64,000 nucleotides of DNA. Source: an uncultured cyanobacterium (lineage in GTDB: Bacteria; Cyanobacteriota; Cyanobacteriia; PCC-6307; Cyanobiaceae). Positions 34,284-43,932 of the stretch are shown piece by piece. Location of the stretch: assembly GCA_963765575.1 (NCBI GenBank), contig CAVXWZ010000011.1, positions 704,001-768,000 on the forward strand, in the 5' to 3' direction. Below the pieces are notes generated by a model. The model did not search any database. It had not been told where the DNA came from and saw only the letters and a program-made list of their open reading frames with translations. Every line of letters begins with the position of its first letter. The stretch's first letter is position 1. A program made the position numbers and the translations under genes.

Positions 34284-36341
34284 TCAGTGCAGCGGCTCGC
34301 TGATCACCAGGATCGGGCCGGCCAGCCGGCGTAGCAGTCGACTGGTGCGATCGCTGGCGGGAATCGGCAGTCCCGCCACCAGCCGGCGCTGGGAGCGCAG
34401 GATCACCAGGTCGTGGCTGCGGCTGGCCGCCACGATGGCGCTCTCCACGCCCTGGTGGCTCTGCAGCACCACCCGCAGTTGCACGGCGCTGGGTCGTGCT
34501 GGCCAGCGCTGCAGTTCCGCCTGCAGCTCCAGGCGCTCCTGCCGGCTCAGGCGCGGGTCATGCAGGTGGAGCAGGGTGATCGTGCCGCCCAGTGCCGTCG
34601 CCAGGCGGTGGGCCAGCTGGAACTGCTCGATCGCCCCGGCGGTGAGGTCCTTGATCGGCACCAGCAGGCTGCGCAGCTGGCTGGGCGGCCGGGGCAGGTG
34701 GGCCACCACCACCGGGCAGGGGGCCTGCCGGCAGGTGGCGTCCACCAGGTCGCCGAACAGCCAGCGCCCCAGGGGGCTGGGGGCGGTCAGGCCCATCAGC
34801 ACCAGGTCACTGGCCTGTTCCACTGCCACCAGGGCGATGCCGCCGGCCACGTCGGGATCCACCCGCAGCAAGCTGCGGCAGGGTGCCTGCCAGGGCTCGG
34901 TGATCGCCTCGGCGCGCTCCAGCAGGCCCCTGGCCTGGGCCAAGGCGCTGGCCAAAGCGGGCAAACTCTGACCTCCCACCTCCGCCTGTCGGGGGGAGAC
35001 CACCGCCAGGGGCAACACCTCCCCTGGCCGGTCGGCCTCACCACCCATCAGCAGGTGGGCCAGTTCCAGCAGGGGGGCTTCGGTGTCGGGATTCGACACC
35101 GGCACCAGCACCCGCAGAGCGCGGCAGGCCAGGGCTGCCTGGCCGCTGTCCGCCCCGCTCGGCCCGGTGGCCTTGGCCCGCCCCAGGCGGGGCATGGCCA
35201 CGGCGGTGAGGTAGGGGCCCAGGGTGGCGGTGATCACCATCATCGCCAGCACGCTGTTGAGCACCATCTCATCCAGCAGGCCGGCCTGGTAGGCCACGAA
35301 GGTGGCCGCCAAGGTGGCCGCCACCTGGGGAATCGACAGCGACCAGAGGGTGAGGATCTGGGGCCCGTTGTAGCCGGAGAGTCGGCCGGTGCCCCAGGCG
35401 GCCAGAAACTTGGCGGCCAGCAGCCCGATGATCAGCAGCAGGGCGAAGGGTGAGCCGATGAGGGTGCCGGCGAAGGTGGGCAGGTTGAGCAGCAGGCCCA
35501 GATCAATGAAGAAGATCGGGATGAACAGGGCGGCCCCCACGAAGATCACCTGCTCCTTCACCCGGCCTTCCGGCAGCACCCCGTTCACCGCCAGGCCGGC
35601 CAGGAAGGCGCCGATGATCTTTTCCACCCCGGCCAGCTCCGCTCCCATGGCGGCCAGGAACAGGGCCATCAGCACCGCCACGAACAGCCGGCTGTCGTTG
35701 TTGACGCTGCGCAGCACCAGGGGCTTGCCCAGGCGACGGATCAGCACCAGCACAAGCGCTCCGAACAGGCCCACGCGCAGGGGCAGAGCCACCAGCTCCG
35801 CCGCCGAGGACTGTCCCTGGTGCAGCCCCATGCACAGAGCCAGCAGCAGCAGCGCCGCCAGGTCGGTGAAGATCGTGCCGCCGATGGCGACCACCACCGA
35901 CTCCTCGCGCATCTCCCCATAGCTGCGCACGATCGGGTAGCCCAGGGGGGTGTGGGAGGAGAGCACCGAGCCCAGCAGCACGCTGCTCAGCAGGGAGTAA
36001 CCAAAGCCCAGCCCGAGCATCAACCCCACCAGCAGCGGCAGGGTGAAGGTGAGCAGCCCGAAGCGCAGGGAGCGCTGCCGGATGCGGGCGAATTCGGCCA
36101 GGTCGATCTCCAGACCGGCGATGAACAGCAGATACACCACGCCCACATCGGAGAGCAGACGCACCACCTCGCTCTCGGCCGTGATCCAGCCAAGGGTGTG
36201 GGGACCGATCAGGACCCCCGCCGCCAGCAGGCCCACCAGATCCGGCAGCCCCAGGCGCTGGATCATGGGTGGTACCAGCACACTCAGCCCCAACAGCAGC
36301 GCAAACACCGCCAGCGGGTTCTCGGCGAGAAAGGTGGACAA
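34284..36341 (-). CDS. Cation:proton antiporter with C-terminal USP-like domains
   Basis: LFIAGLEIDL, GGTIFTD, IIGAFLAGL, FIPIFF; soluble tail VLVPVSNP...DLVLMG. Confidence 0.9.
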   Translation of the reverse strand: MSTFLAENPLAVFALLLGLSVLVPPMIQRLGLPDLVGLLAAGVLIGPHTLGWITAESEVVRLLSDVGVVYLLFIAGLEIDLAEFARIRQRSLRFGLLTFTLPLLVGLMLGLGFGYSLLSSVLLGSVLSSHTPLGYPIVRSYGEMREESVVVAIGGTIFTDLAALLLLALCMGLHQGQSSAAELVALPLRVGLFGALVLVLIRRLGKPLVLRSVNNDSRLFVAVLMALFLAAMGAELAGVEKIIGAFLAGLAVNGVLPEGRVKEQVIFVGAALFIPIFFIDLGLLLNLPTFAGTLIGSPFALLLIIGLLAAKFLAAWGTGRLSGYNGPQILTLWSLSIPQVAATLAATFVAYQAGLLDEMVLNSVLAMMVITATLGPYLTAVAMPRLGRAKATGPSGADSGQAALACRALRVLVPVSNPDTEAPLLELAHLLMGGEADRPGEVLPLAVVSPRQAEVGGQSLPALASALAQARGLLERAEAITEPWQAPCRSLLRVDPDVAGGIALVAVEQASDLVLMGLTAPSPLGRWLFGDLVDATCRQAPCPVVVAHLPRPPSQLRSLLVPIKDLTAGAIEQFQLAHRLATALGGTITLLHLHDPRLSRQERLELQAELQRWPARPSAVQLRVVLQSHQGVESAIVAASRSHDLVILRSQRRLVAGLPIPASDRTSRLLRRLAGPILVISEPLH

Positions 36342-36416
36342 GCGCTGGCCGTGAACGGAGAGAGCAAGCTTGGCGGAGAGGGCCCTTGGCGTCTGTCCGC
36401 TGCGGCGGCGATGGCG

Positions 36417-37073
36417 TCAGTGCCAGCCGGTCCAGCCGGCCAGGTGGGAGGCCGCGGTGGAGCGGGCCAGGGCCCGGGCCGAGGGAAGGGCCGGCTCCAG
36501 GCGGGCGGAGCTGAAGGGCGGCAGGGGCCGCCGACGCAGCCAGGAGCCCCAGCGAAATTCGTGGAAGGGGATCAACGGAGCCGGTTGCACCACCCCCTCC
36601 CGTTTGAGCTTCCACACCAGGCTGCGGTAGGGGTCGTCCTGGAGACCGAGCAGATTGCGGGGCAGCGCCTGGGCCGGCAGGGGGCCCAGCCCGCGGCCGT
36701 CAAAGAGGTAGAGCCAGCCGCGTCGTTGCAGCTCGGCCAGCACGGCACTGCGGTCGTCGGTGTCGAGCTGCAGGGCGATGTAGCCGAAGGCGGTGGCCTC
36801 GGGCATCAGCTCCAGCAGCCCCCGCAGCCGGTGGTGGCGGTCCACCATCCAGTGGGCACCATCGGCGCTGCGCACCAGGGGCACGGGTTTGTTGCCCAGG
36901 TAGGTGCGCCGCTCCCGGCTGTTCTCGATCCGGAAATCGGCCTGACGGCTGCGCACTTCCGCCAGCCCCACGCACAACTGGGTGGGCTGGAGCTCGGCGA
37001 TCGACACTTCCAGCAGGGGCTCCCCTTCGGGCGGCGGCGGCAGGGGCTGGAAGGGGGGAAGGCGTAGGGCCAT
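36417..37073 (-). CDS. ParB-like (ParBc_2 type) protein
   Basis: ELQPTQLCVG, VDRHH, DDPYRSL, PFHEFRWG. Confidence 0.78.
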   Translation of the reverse strand: MALRLPPFQPLPPPPEGEPLLEVSIAELQPTQLCVGLAEVRSRQADFRIENSRERRTYLGNKPVPLVRSADGAHWMVDRHHRLRGLLELMPEATAFGYIALQLDTDDRSAVLAELQRRGWLYLFDGRGLGPLPAQALPRNLLGLQDDPYRSLVWKLKREGVVQPAPLIPFHEFRWGSWLRRRPLPPFSSARLEPALPSARALARSTAASHLAGWTGWH

Positions 37074-37606
37074 GGATCCATCCTCGCTTGCCTGTCGTCC
37101 GGCCGCAGACGCCGTGGTGACAGGGCTGCAGCCCGCGGCCGCGGCTGCCGGTGGCTACGGCCAGACAGCACCTCATCATGTGCAGGACAACACCGCCTGG
37201 AGGCCGCGGCAGGGGTTGTCTGCCCATGGCGACTGGGGTCTCCCGGCCTGTCTCGCCGCGGCTGCGATGGGGCGGACAAGCCTTGGATCAGGTTTGCTGA
37301 TGGTTGCTCGGTTTCCCCATGTCGGCGCGGTTTTCCCCGGTTCCAAGAATGGTTTTCCACAGCCTGGTTGCTGTCCCCTGCGCTGGCGCCGGTGTCTCTG
37401 GGGAAAGCCAGCGGCTGGCCGCCGCTGCCTTGACAGCCCCCCGCCCCGCCTTTGGGGCCCAGCTGCCGCCCGTGGCACTGCCGCCGCAGGCCAGTGACTG
37501 CAACCAGTCTCAGCGATGACAGCGATGATCCCGCCGGTGGCGGGCGGCTTTGACGCGGCCCCCGCCGCTGTGGCGTAGTGGGGCTGACCAGCCGTGCAGA
37601 GCGCCC

Positions 37607-37816
37607 ATGTCCAAGGATTCCAACGAGGGGGCCATCAGCCTCGAGGCCGAGGTGCCCGAGGTGCTGTTCGACGGCATGCGCCAGTTCATCGAGCACCATC
37701 CCCAGTGGGATCAATACCGGCTGATCACCTCGGCGTTGGCCGGATTCCTGTTCCAGCACGGCTGCAAGGACGCCTGTGTTCAGCAGCACTACCTCAACGG
37801 GCTGTTCCTGCGTTGA
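37607..37816 (+). CDS. DUF2811 protein
   Basis: ISLEAEVPEVLFDGMRQFIEHHPQWDQYRLITSALAGFLFQHG. Confidence 0.85.
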   Translation: MSKDSNEGAISLEAEVPEVLFDGMRQFIEHHPQWDQYRLITSALAGFLFQHGCKDACVQQHYLNGLFLR

Positions 37817-37820
37817 AGGC

Positions 37821-37848
37821 AAAAAAAAGCGGGGGAGCCATCCCCCGC
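37821..37848 (-). terminator. Intrinsic terminator downstream of the GMC gene
   Basis: Minus strand GCGGGGGA-TGGC-TCCCCCGC followed by T8. Confidence 0.75.
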
Positions 37849-37948
37849 CCGTGTTCTCCCTTGCCCGACCCGGTTAAAGGTCGCCTCGCCATTGTGCGCA
37901 GCAGCCCAGGCAGGGTTTGTGGCCACCGACACCGGATCGGCCCGGGCG

Positions 37949-39646
37949 TCAGGGAGCGCTGACGACGCTGTTCTGCTCCAGCCGCTGCCCGTTGCCCCGC
38001 CGCAGCCGTTCGGCCGCCGCCGTGCAGGCCCGCCAGGTGATCGCCATCGACGTGAGCGTGGGGCTCTGCCAGCCGGCACTGGGCCAGCAGGCCCCATCCA
38101 CCACCAGCAGGTTGGGCGCCTGCCAGCACTGGTTCCAGGGGTTCACCACCCCGTCTTCGGGGGCAGCGGCCATGGCGGCGCCGCCCAGCTCATGGATGTA
38201 GTAGCCGGGCGGTGGCGCCGTGGGGCTCACCGCATGGCTGGAGCGAATCCAGGGCTCCAGCAGCGGCAGCACGAACAGCTCCTCGATCGGCCGGATCGTC
38301 CCCCCCGCCGCGGCCACCACCGCCGCCATGCGCTGCTGCATGTGCAGCACCATGGCCCGTTCGTTGGCGCCCCAGGCCATGGCGATGTGGGGGCTGGGCA
38401 GGCCCCAGGCGTCGAGGCGGCCGTGATCCAGGCTGACGCGGTTGTCGGGGTGGGGCAGCACCTCGCCATGGCCGATCAGGAAGCCGCTGGCCTCGTGGGG
38501 GCGGCGCCGCAGCGGCCGCGGTGGGTCGAATCGCTGCACCGCCGCCCAGAGGCCGTAGCCGCGCTGGAACCCCTCGGCGCCGGGGCCATCGAGGTTGACG
38601 GTGTTGGGGATGAAGCAGCTACCCGCCCCCGAGAGCTCCGCCGCCTGGGCCGGCGCCTCCCCAGCGGGCATGGAGAAGAAGCGGCTGCTGGAGATGTGAT
38701 CCATCAACTGCCGGCCCAGGCCACCGGAGGAATCCACCAGGCCGCCGCCGCGCTCAGCCTCGCTGGAGTGCAGCAGGATCCGCAGGCTCTCGATCGTGGA
38801 GGCGCAGAGCACCACCAGGGGGGCCTCGAGCAGCTCCCGCGCGCCACTGGCGGCATCCACCGCCACCAGCCCGCGCACCCGGCGCTGGTCGGCGTGCAGC
38901 AGCACATGGCTCACCACCACCTGGCTGCGCAGTTCGGTGCGGCCCGTGGCCAGGGCCCGCGCCAGCGTGCTCCCGGGGCTGGCCGAACGGGGCCAGGCGG
39001 GAGGCCCGTGGCGGTGCCCGTGGGCGGATGGCCGTGGACCCACGCCGCGGGAGTGAATGAAGGGCAGGCCCAGGCCCTCGCGCACCGCCTGGCCCAGCTG
39101 CCGTTCCGCCGGCGTGAAGGGCAGGGGCGGGGCGTAGTGGCCATCGGGCAGCTGGGGCAGGCCATCGGCCTGGCCATGCACCCCCAGCAGCGGCTCCAGG
39201 CGGTCGTAGTAGGGCGCCAGATCGGCGCTGGCGATCGGCCAGGAGGGGCTGCGGCCATCGCGCTCGCCGGCCTTGAATTCGTAGTCGCTCAAGCGCAGGG
39301 TGATGCCACCCCAGGTGAGACTGCGGCCGCCCACCTGGCGGCCCCGGGTCCACAGGAAAGGTTGATCCGGCGGCGTGCTGTAGGGGTTGCGGCGCTCATC
39401 GACGAACAGGTCCGGGTTCTGCTTCCAGAAGCCAGGGTGATGGCCCTGCAGGCGCTGTTTGCCACTGGCCAGGTTGGTGAGCCGACGCAGGCTGTTCAGC
39501 GGTTCGCTGCCGAAGGCCCGGCCGGGTTGCATCTGCGGGCCGGCCTCCAGCACCAGCACCCGCAGACCCGCCTCCGCCAGCACCATGGCCGCCACTCCGC
39601 CGGTGGCGCCAGAGCCCACCACGATCGCGTCCGCTGCTGGGGCCAT
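37949..39646 (-). CDS. GMC family oxidoreductase
   Basis: IVVGSGATGG, GRQVGGRSLTWG, LMDH, IHELGGA, NLLVVDGA, PTLTSMA. Confidence 0.9.
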   Translation of the reverse strand: MAPAADAIVVGSGATGGVAAMVLAEAGLRVLVLEAGPQMQPGRAFGSEPLNSLRRLTNLASGKQRLQGHHPGFWKQNPDLFVDERRNPYSTPPDQPFLWTRGRQVGGRSLTWGGITLRLSDYEFKAGERDGRSPSWPIASADLAPYYDRLEPLLGVHGQADGLPQLPDGHYAPPLPFTPAERQLGQAVREGLGLPFIHSRGVGPRPSAHGHRHGPPAWPRSASPGSTLARALATGRTELRSQVVVSHVLLHADQRRVRGLVAVDAASGARELLEAPLVVLCASTIESLRILLHSSEAERGGGLVDSSGGLGRQLMDHISSSRFFSMPAGEAPAQAAELSGAGSCFIPNTVNLDGPGAEGFQRGYGLWAAVQRFDPPRPLRRRPHEASGFLIGHGEVLPHPDNRVSLDHGRLDAWGLPSPHIAMAWGANERAMVLHMQQRMAAVVAAAGGTIRPIEELFVLPLLEPWIRSSHAVSPTAPPPGYYIHELGGAAMAAAPEDGVVNPWNQCWQAPNLLVVDGACWPSAGWQSPTLTSMAITWRACTAAAERLRRGNGQRLEQNSVVSAP

Positions 39647-39659
39647 GGGGTCAGGCGGT

Positions 39660-40919
39660 TCAGCCGCTGAGGCTGGCATCCAGGCGGATCAGGCTGTGCA
39701 GCAGCACGTTCACCCCCTGTTCGCACTGTTGGGGTGAGGTGAACTCAGCGGCCGAGTGGGACACGCCATCGCGGCTGGGCACGAAGATCATGCCCATGGC
39801 GGTGAGGCGGCCGAGCTCCTGGGCGTCGTGGCTGGCGCGGCTGGGCAGGTGGGTGTAGCTGAGGCCGAGATCGGCGCAGGCCTCGCTGATCACGTCCTGC
39901 ACCCTGGCGTCGGCGGGGCTGGGATCCACCACGAACTGGGGCGTGATGGCTATGCGGGTGCGGCGGGCCACGGCGATGGTCTCGATGCGCCGCTCCAGCT
40001 GGGCCTTCATGTGGTCGATTACGTCGTGGGAGAGATCGCGCATGTCGAGGGTGAACTCCACCCGGCCGGGCACGATGTTGGCGGCGTTGGGCCACACCGT
40101 GAGCTTGCCCACCGTGGCCACCGGATCACCGGGGTAGTGCAGGGCCATGTCCTCGATGGCCAGGATGATCTGGGCGGCGGCGGCGAGGGCGTCGCGGCGC
40201 ATCTCCATGGGGGTGGTGCCGGCATGGTTGGCCTGGCCGCTGACGCTGATGGTGTAGCGCTGCTGGCCCACCACCCCTTCCACCACCCCGATCTGCTTGC
40301 CCACCGCCTCCAGCACGCCACCCTGCTCCACGTGCAGTTCCAGGAAGGCGGCCATCCCCTGGCGGGTGCGGCGGGCGCTCTGGCGTTGGTTCCAATCGCC
40401 ACCGATGCTGGCCAGTCCCTCCTGGATCGGCACCCCGAGGCTGGTGGAGTAGCTGCTGGGGTCGTCGGATCCATGGCCGACCATCGATTTGCAGCCCACC
40501 ATCGTGCTCTCCTCATCGGCGAAGGCGATCACCTCGATGGGGTGCTGCAGGCGCAGCTCGTGCTCGGCCAGTACCCGCACCACCTCAATCCCCCCCAGCA
40601 CCCCCAGGGCACCGTCGTAGAGGCCACCCTCCGGCACCGTGTCGATGTGGGAGCCGGTGGCCAGCACCGGGGCCTCGGGCCTGAGGCCGTCGTAGCGGCC
40701 GATCAGGTTGCCCGCCGCATCGATGCGCACGGCCATGCCGGCCTCCTCCATCCAGCCCTGCACCAGGGCGCGCGCGGCCCGGTCCTCCTCGCTGAAGGCC
40801 AGTCGGCGCACGGCCCCGGACGGCAGCCGGCCGATCTGCCCCAGGTCCGAAAGGCTGCGCGCCAGGCGAGCGCCGTCGGCGGCCAGACCGGTGGGCGGGG
40901 CGGAGAGGAGCTGGCTCAT
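39660..40919 (-). CDS. Zn-dependent M20 amidohydrolase (N-carbamoyl-L-amino acid / allantoate amidohydrolase family)
   Basis: GSHIDTV, GLYDGALGV, DEE, ELHVEQG, GQANHAGTTPM, SHDAQ, SHSAAE. Confidence 0.92.
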   Translation of the reverse strand: MSQLLSAPPTGLAADGARLARSLSDLGQIGRLPSGAVRRLAFSEEDRAARALVQGWMEEAGMAVRIDAAGNLIGRYDGLRPEAPVLATGSHIDTVPEGGLYDGALGVLGGIEVVRVLAEHELRLQHPIEVIAFADEESTMVGCKSMVGHGSDDPSSYSTSLGVPIQEGLASIGGDWNQRQSARRTRQGMAAFLELHVEQGGVLEAVGKQIGVVEGVVGQQRYTISVSGQANHAGTTPMEMRRDALAAAAQIILAIEDMALHYPGDPVATVGKLTVWPNAANIVPGRVEFTLDMRDLSHDVIDHMKAQLERRIETIAVARRTRIAITPQFVVDPSPADARVQDVISEACADLGLSYTHLPSRASHDAQELGRLTAMGMIFVPSRDGVSHSAAEFTSPQQCEQGVNVLLHSLIRLDASLSG

Positions 40920-41100
40920 GGGCGGTGGCGGTTCGGTGCTGAAGGACTGGGCGTGGCCCTGGTGGGGGCGGTCGTCACCACTGGTGGTTTCCCGTCCCGT
41001 TGCGACAATGGTGTGCTCGGTGACAGCCGGGCGCCGCGTGGTGAACAATCATCAGCCCCATTCACTTTGAACGGCGGATCGCCCCGCTGCGCACACCGCG

Positions 41101-41841
41101 ATGACCTTCTCGATCGTGGCCTGGGATGCGTCCACCGGCATGACCGGTGTCGGAGTGGCAACCAAGCATCTGGCGGTGGGCTCACTCGTGCCCCATGCCC
41201 GTGCCGGCGTGGGGGCCGTGGCCACCCAGGCCAACACCAATCCCTACTTCGGTCCCTGGGCGCTGGATCGCCTTGAGCAACTGCAGCACCAGAGTCAGGG
41301 CGAGCAGGGGGCTGACGCGGTGCTCGAATCACTGCTGCGGGACGATCCGGGCCGCGATGGCCGCCAGGTCATGCTCGTGGATGGTCAGGGCCGCAGCGCC
41401 GCCTGGACCGGCGAGGGCTGCGCCGGCATCGCCGCCCATCGCTGCTATCCCGGCTTCGCGGTGGCGGGAAACTTTCTGGGTTCCGACCTGGTGCTGCTGG
41501 CGATGGCCGAGGCCTACATGGCCGCCGAGCGCCAGGGGCTGAGCCTGGAAGAGCGCCTGTTGCTGGCCCTCGAGGCCGGTGAGGCCCACGGCGGCGACCA
41601 CCGCGGCCGCCAGTCGGCAGCCCTGCTGGTGATGCACCAGGAGAGCTACCCCCACGGCGACTTCCGGGTGGACCATCACCCCGAGCCCCTGGTGGCCCTG
41701 CGCGAGATCCTCACCGAGACCGAGCGCGAGTACTACACCGGCTTCCGCGCCGGACTGCCCACCACCCTGGGCTTGGCTCAGCCCGCCACAGCTCACTCCC
41801 CCATGTCTCAGTCAACGGACGACATGCCGATCAGGGCGTAG
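41101..41841 (+). CDS. DUF1028 (Ntn-hydrolase-like) protein
   Basis: MTFSIVA, GVGAVATQA, AVAGN, GGDHRGRQSAAL, RVDHHPEP. Confidence 0.88.
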   Translation: MTFSIVAWDASTGMTGVGVATKHLAVGSLVPHARAGVGAVATQANTNPYFGPWALDRLEQLQHQSQGEQGADAVLESLLRDDPGRDGRQVMLVDGQGRSAAWTGEGCAGIAAHRCYPGFAVAGNFLGSDLVLLAMAEAYMAAERQGLSLEERLLLALEAGEAHGGDHRGRQSAALLVMHQESYPHGDFRVDHHPEPLVALREILTETEREYYTGFRAGLPTTLGLAQPATAHSPMSQSTDDMPIRA

Positions 41842-43877
41842 GCCGGCTTGGCCTGCTCCTCCCGGTGCAGGCGCCAGCCCAGGCGATCGGCCTGCTGCCG
41901 CGCCTGGGCCGGAAGATCGGCGGCGATGAACAGCTTGTGCATGATCTGCACGCAGATCAGGTGGTTGATCACCGCATCGAGCTGCACCCGCTGTGCCGCG
42001 CTGGTGTCGGGATGGTCGTGGCGCTCGAACAGGGCCTGCACCCCAGCTGAATCGAGCAGGCCGGCCTGCTCGATCGCTTTGGGATTGAGGTAGCGGTCGG
42101 CCAGGGTCTGCATGGCTGCCCGCTTCTGGGCATCGGCGTGGGCCGGGGGAGCCATGAACGCGAATTTCTCGCGCCGGTAGAGCACCTCCGGCAGCAGGCC
42201 ACGCATGGCTTCGCGCAGCACGTATTTCTCGGTCTTGCCCTTGATGCGCAGCTCCGGCGGCACCTGCACCGCCACCGCCGCCAGGTGGTGGTCGAGAAAG
42301 GCGGGGCGGGCTTCCATGGCATGGGCCATGTCGACGCGGTCGCCGCCCCAGGTGAGGATCTGGCCCTCCAGCATCGTCTTGATCCACACGTACTGGGCGC
42401 GATCAAGGGCGTGGCGCCCCTCCAGCTGGGATCGATCCAGGGTGGCAGCGATGGCGGCACCGGGGTCGTAGCCGGCGCAGGCGGCGCGGTGCTCCGGCGC
42501 CAGCAGATCGGGCACCAGCGGCGCGCAGGCCAGCCAGGGCTGCAGACAGCTGGGGGTGAAGCCCACCACCTGTTCCAGGGCGGGATCGTGCACCTGTTCC
42601 TCGGCCAGCATCGCCCCCTGCACCAGGGCATTGGCCTGTTGCAGCAACTGCTCCCACTCCTGCCGGTCGGCGGCGGGCAGGTCGCCCAGGCCGTGCAGGA
42701 ACATGTCGCGGCGGAAGGCGGGGTAGCCGCCGAACAGCTCGTCGGAACCCTCCCCCGTCATCACCACCTTGTAGTGGGCACGGTTGACCTCCCGGCTCAT
42801 CAGGAACTTGGCCACCGCCAGGGTGTTGTAGATGCTGCGCTCGGCATGCCAGATGGTGTCTTCCAGGTGGCCGTAGAGCTCATGGCCCGACAGCCGCATC
42901 ACCAGCTGCTGGGCACCCGTGGCCTCGGCCATCTCGGTGGCGATCGGCGTCTCGTCGTAGCGGGCGTCATCGAAGCCGATCGTGAACGCCTTCACCGGGT
43001 TCTGGCTGACCGCCGCCGCCAGCCCCAGGATCGAGCAGGAGTCGATGCCGCCGGACAGGTAGCAGCCCACCGGCACGTCGGCGACCATGCGCACCTCCAC
43101 CGCCTCCAGCAGGGCGGCGCGCACGGCCTCGATGTGGTGGGTTTCGCTGAGGCCGCCATCGCGCTCCCCCTGGCGGGGGAAGTCCACGTCCCAGTAGGTG
43201 CGGTCACTGATCTCGAAGTCGCCATCGCGCCGGCAGACCGTGAGCACGTGGCCAGGCATCAGCTGGTGCACCCCCTCGAAGGCCGTGCTGCCGGGTACCA
43301 CCGTCTGCATCAGCTGGTGGAACAGACCTTGGGAGCTGAAGCGCCGCTGCACGCCCGGGTGGGCAAACAGCACCTTGAGTTCGGAGCCGAACACCAGGCC
43401 CTCGTCGGTGAGGGCCCAGTACTGGGGTTTGACGCCGAAGCGGTCGCGCACCAGCACCAGGGAATCGCTGCGGCGATCGAACAGGGCGAAGGCGAATTCA
43501 CCGCGCAGCAGGGGCAGGGTGGCCTCCAGGCCGCGCTCCTGATAGAGCCGCAGCAGGATCTCCGAATCGCTCTTGCTGCTGAAGCGCACGCCGCGGGCGC
43601 TGAGGTCGGCGCGGATGCGCTGGAAGTCGTAGAACTCGCCGTTGTGGGCCATCAGCAGCTCGCCGTCCTCGGACACGAACGGTTGGCGGGCCCGGTTGGC
43701 GTCCAGGTCGATGATCGACAAGCGGGCATGGCAGAAGCCCACCCCTTGGCCACTGAGGCTGCGCACCCCGAAGCCGTCCGGGCCGCGGTGCACCTGGATC
43801 GCCGCCATGTTCACCAGCAGCTGCTCGTCGATCGGCTGCTCGCTCTGACGCTGGAAGATTCCGCCGATGCCGCACAT
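41808..43877 (-). CDS. Asparagine synthase-like glutamine amidotransferase (AsnB family)
   Basis: MCGI N-terminal Cys, HRGPDG, HARLSIID, HNGEFY, SGGIDS, TGEGSDELFGGY; true substrate uncertain. Confidence 0.9.
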   Translation of the reverse strand: MCGIGGIFQRQSEQPIDEQLLVNMAAIQVHRGPDGFGVRSLSGQGVGFCHARLSIIDLDANRARQPFVSEDGELLMAHNGEFYDFQRIRADLSARGVRFSSKSDSEILLRLYQERGLEATLPLLRGEFAFALFDRRSDSLVLVRDRFGVKPQYWALTDEGLVFGSELKVLFAHPGVQRRFSSQGLFHQLMQTVVPGSTAFEGVHQLMPGHVLTVCRRDGDFEISDRTYWDVDFPRQGERDGGLSETHHIEAVRAALLEAVEVRMVADVPVGCYLSGGIDSCSILGLAAAVSQNPVKAFTIGFDDARYDETPIATEMAEATGAQQLVMRLSGHELYGHLEDTIWHAERSIYNTLAVAKFLMSREVNRAHYKVVMTGEGSDELFGGYPAFRRDMFLHGLGDLPAADRQEWEQLLQQANALVQGAMLAEEQVHDPALEQVVGFTPSCLQPWLACAPLVPDLLAPEHRAACAGYDPGAAIAATLDRSQLEGRHALDRAQYVWIKTMLEGQILTWGGDRVDMAHAMEARPAFLDHHLAAVAVQVPPELRIKGKTEKYVLREAMRGLLPEVLYRREKFAFMAPPAHADAQKRAAMQTLADRYLNPKAIEQAGLLDSAGVQALFERHDHPDTSAAQRVQLDAVINHLICVQIMHKLFIAADLPAQARQQADRLGWRLHREEQAKPAYALIGMSSVD

Positions 43878-43932
43878 AGGCCTGGTTTTCTGGGGGGTCT
43901 GCTGGGTTCGGGTGGGCCGCTGGCTCGGCCGC

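Noticed and set aside
37353..37361. DnaA-box-like TTTTCCACA near the ParB-like gene
   Set aside because: Single copy, no box cluster, and no dnaA, dnaN or parA nearby, so no support for an origin.
37080..37600. Long intergenic stretch with several short track ORFs
   Set aside because: Translations are not protein-like and I found no repeat or RNA family.
37949..39646. GMC oxidoreductase as part of the carbamoyl cluster
   Set aside because: Co-oriented and only 13 bp from the hydrolase, but no evident chemical link, and I recall it beside DUF2811 in related genomes; left unresolved.
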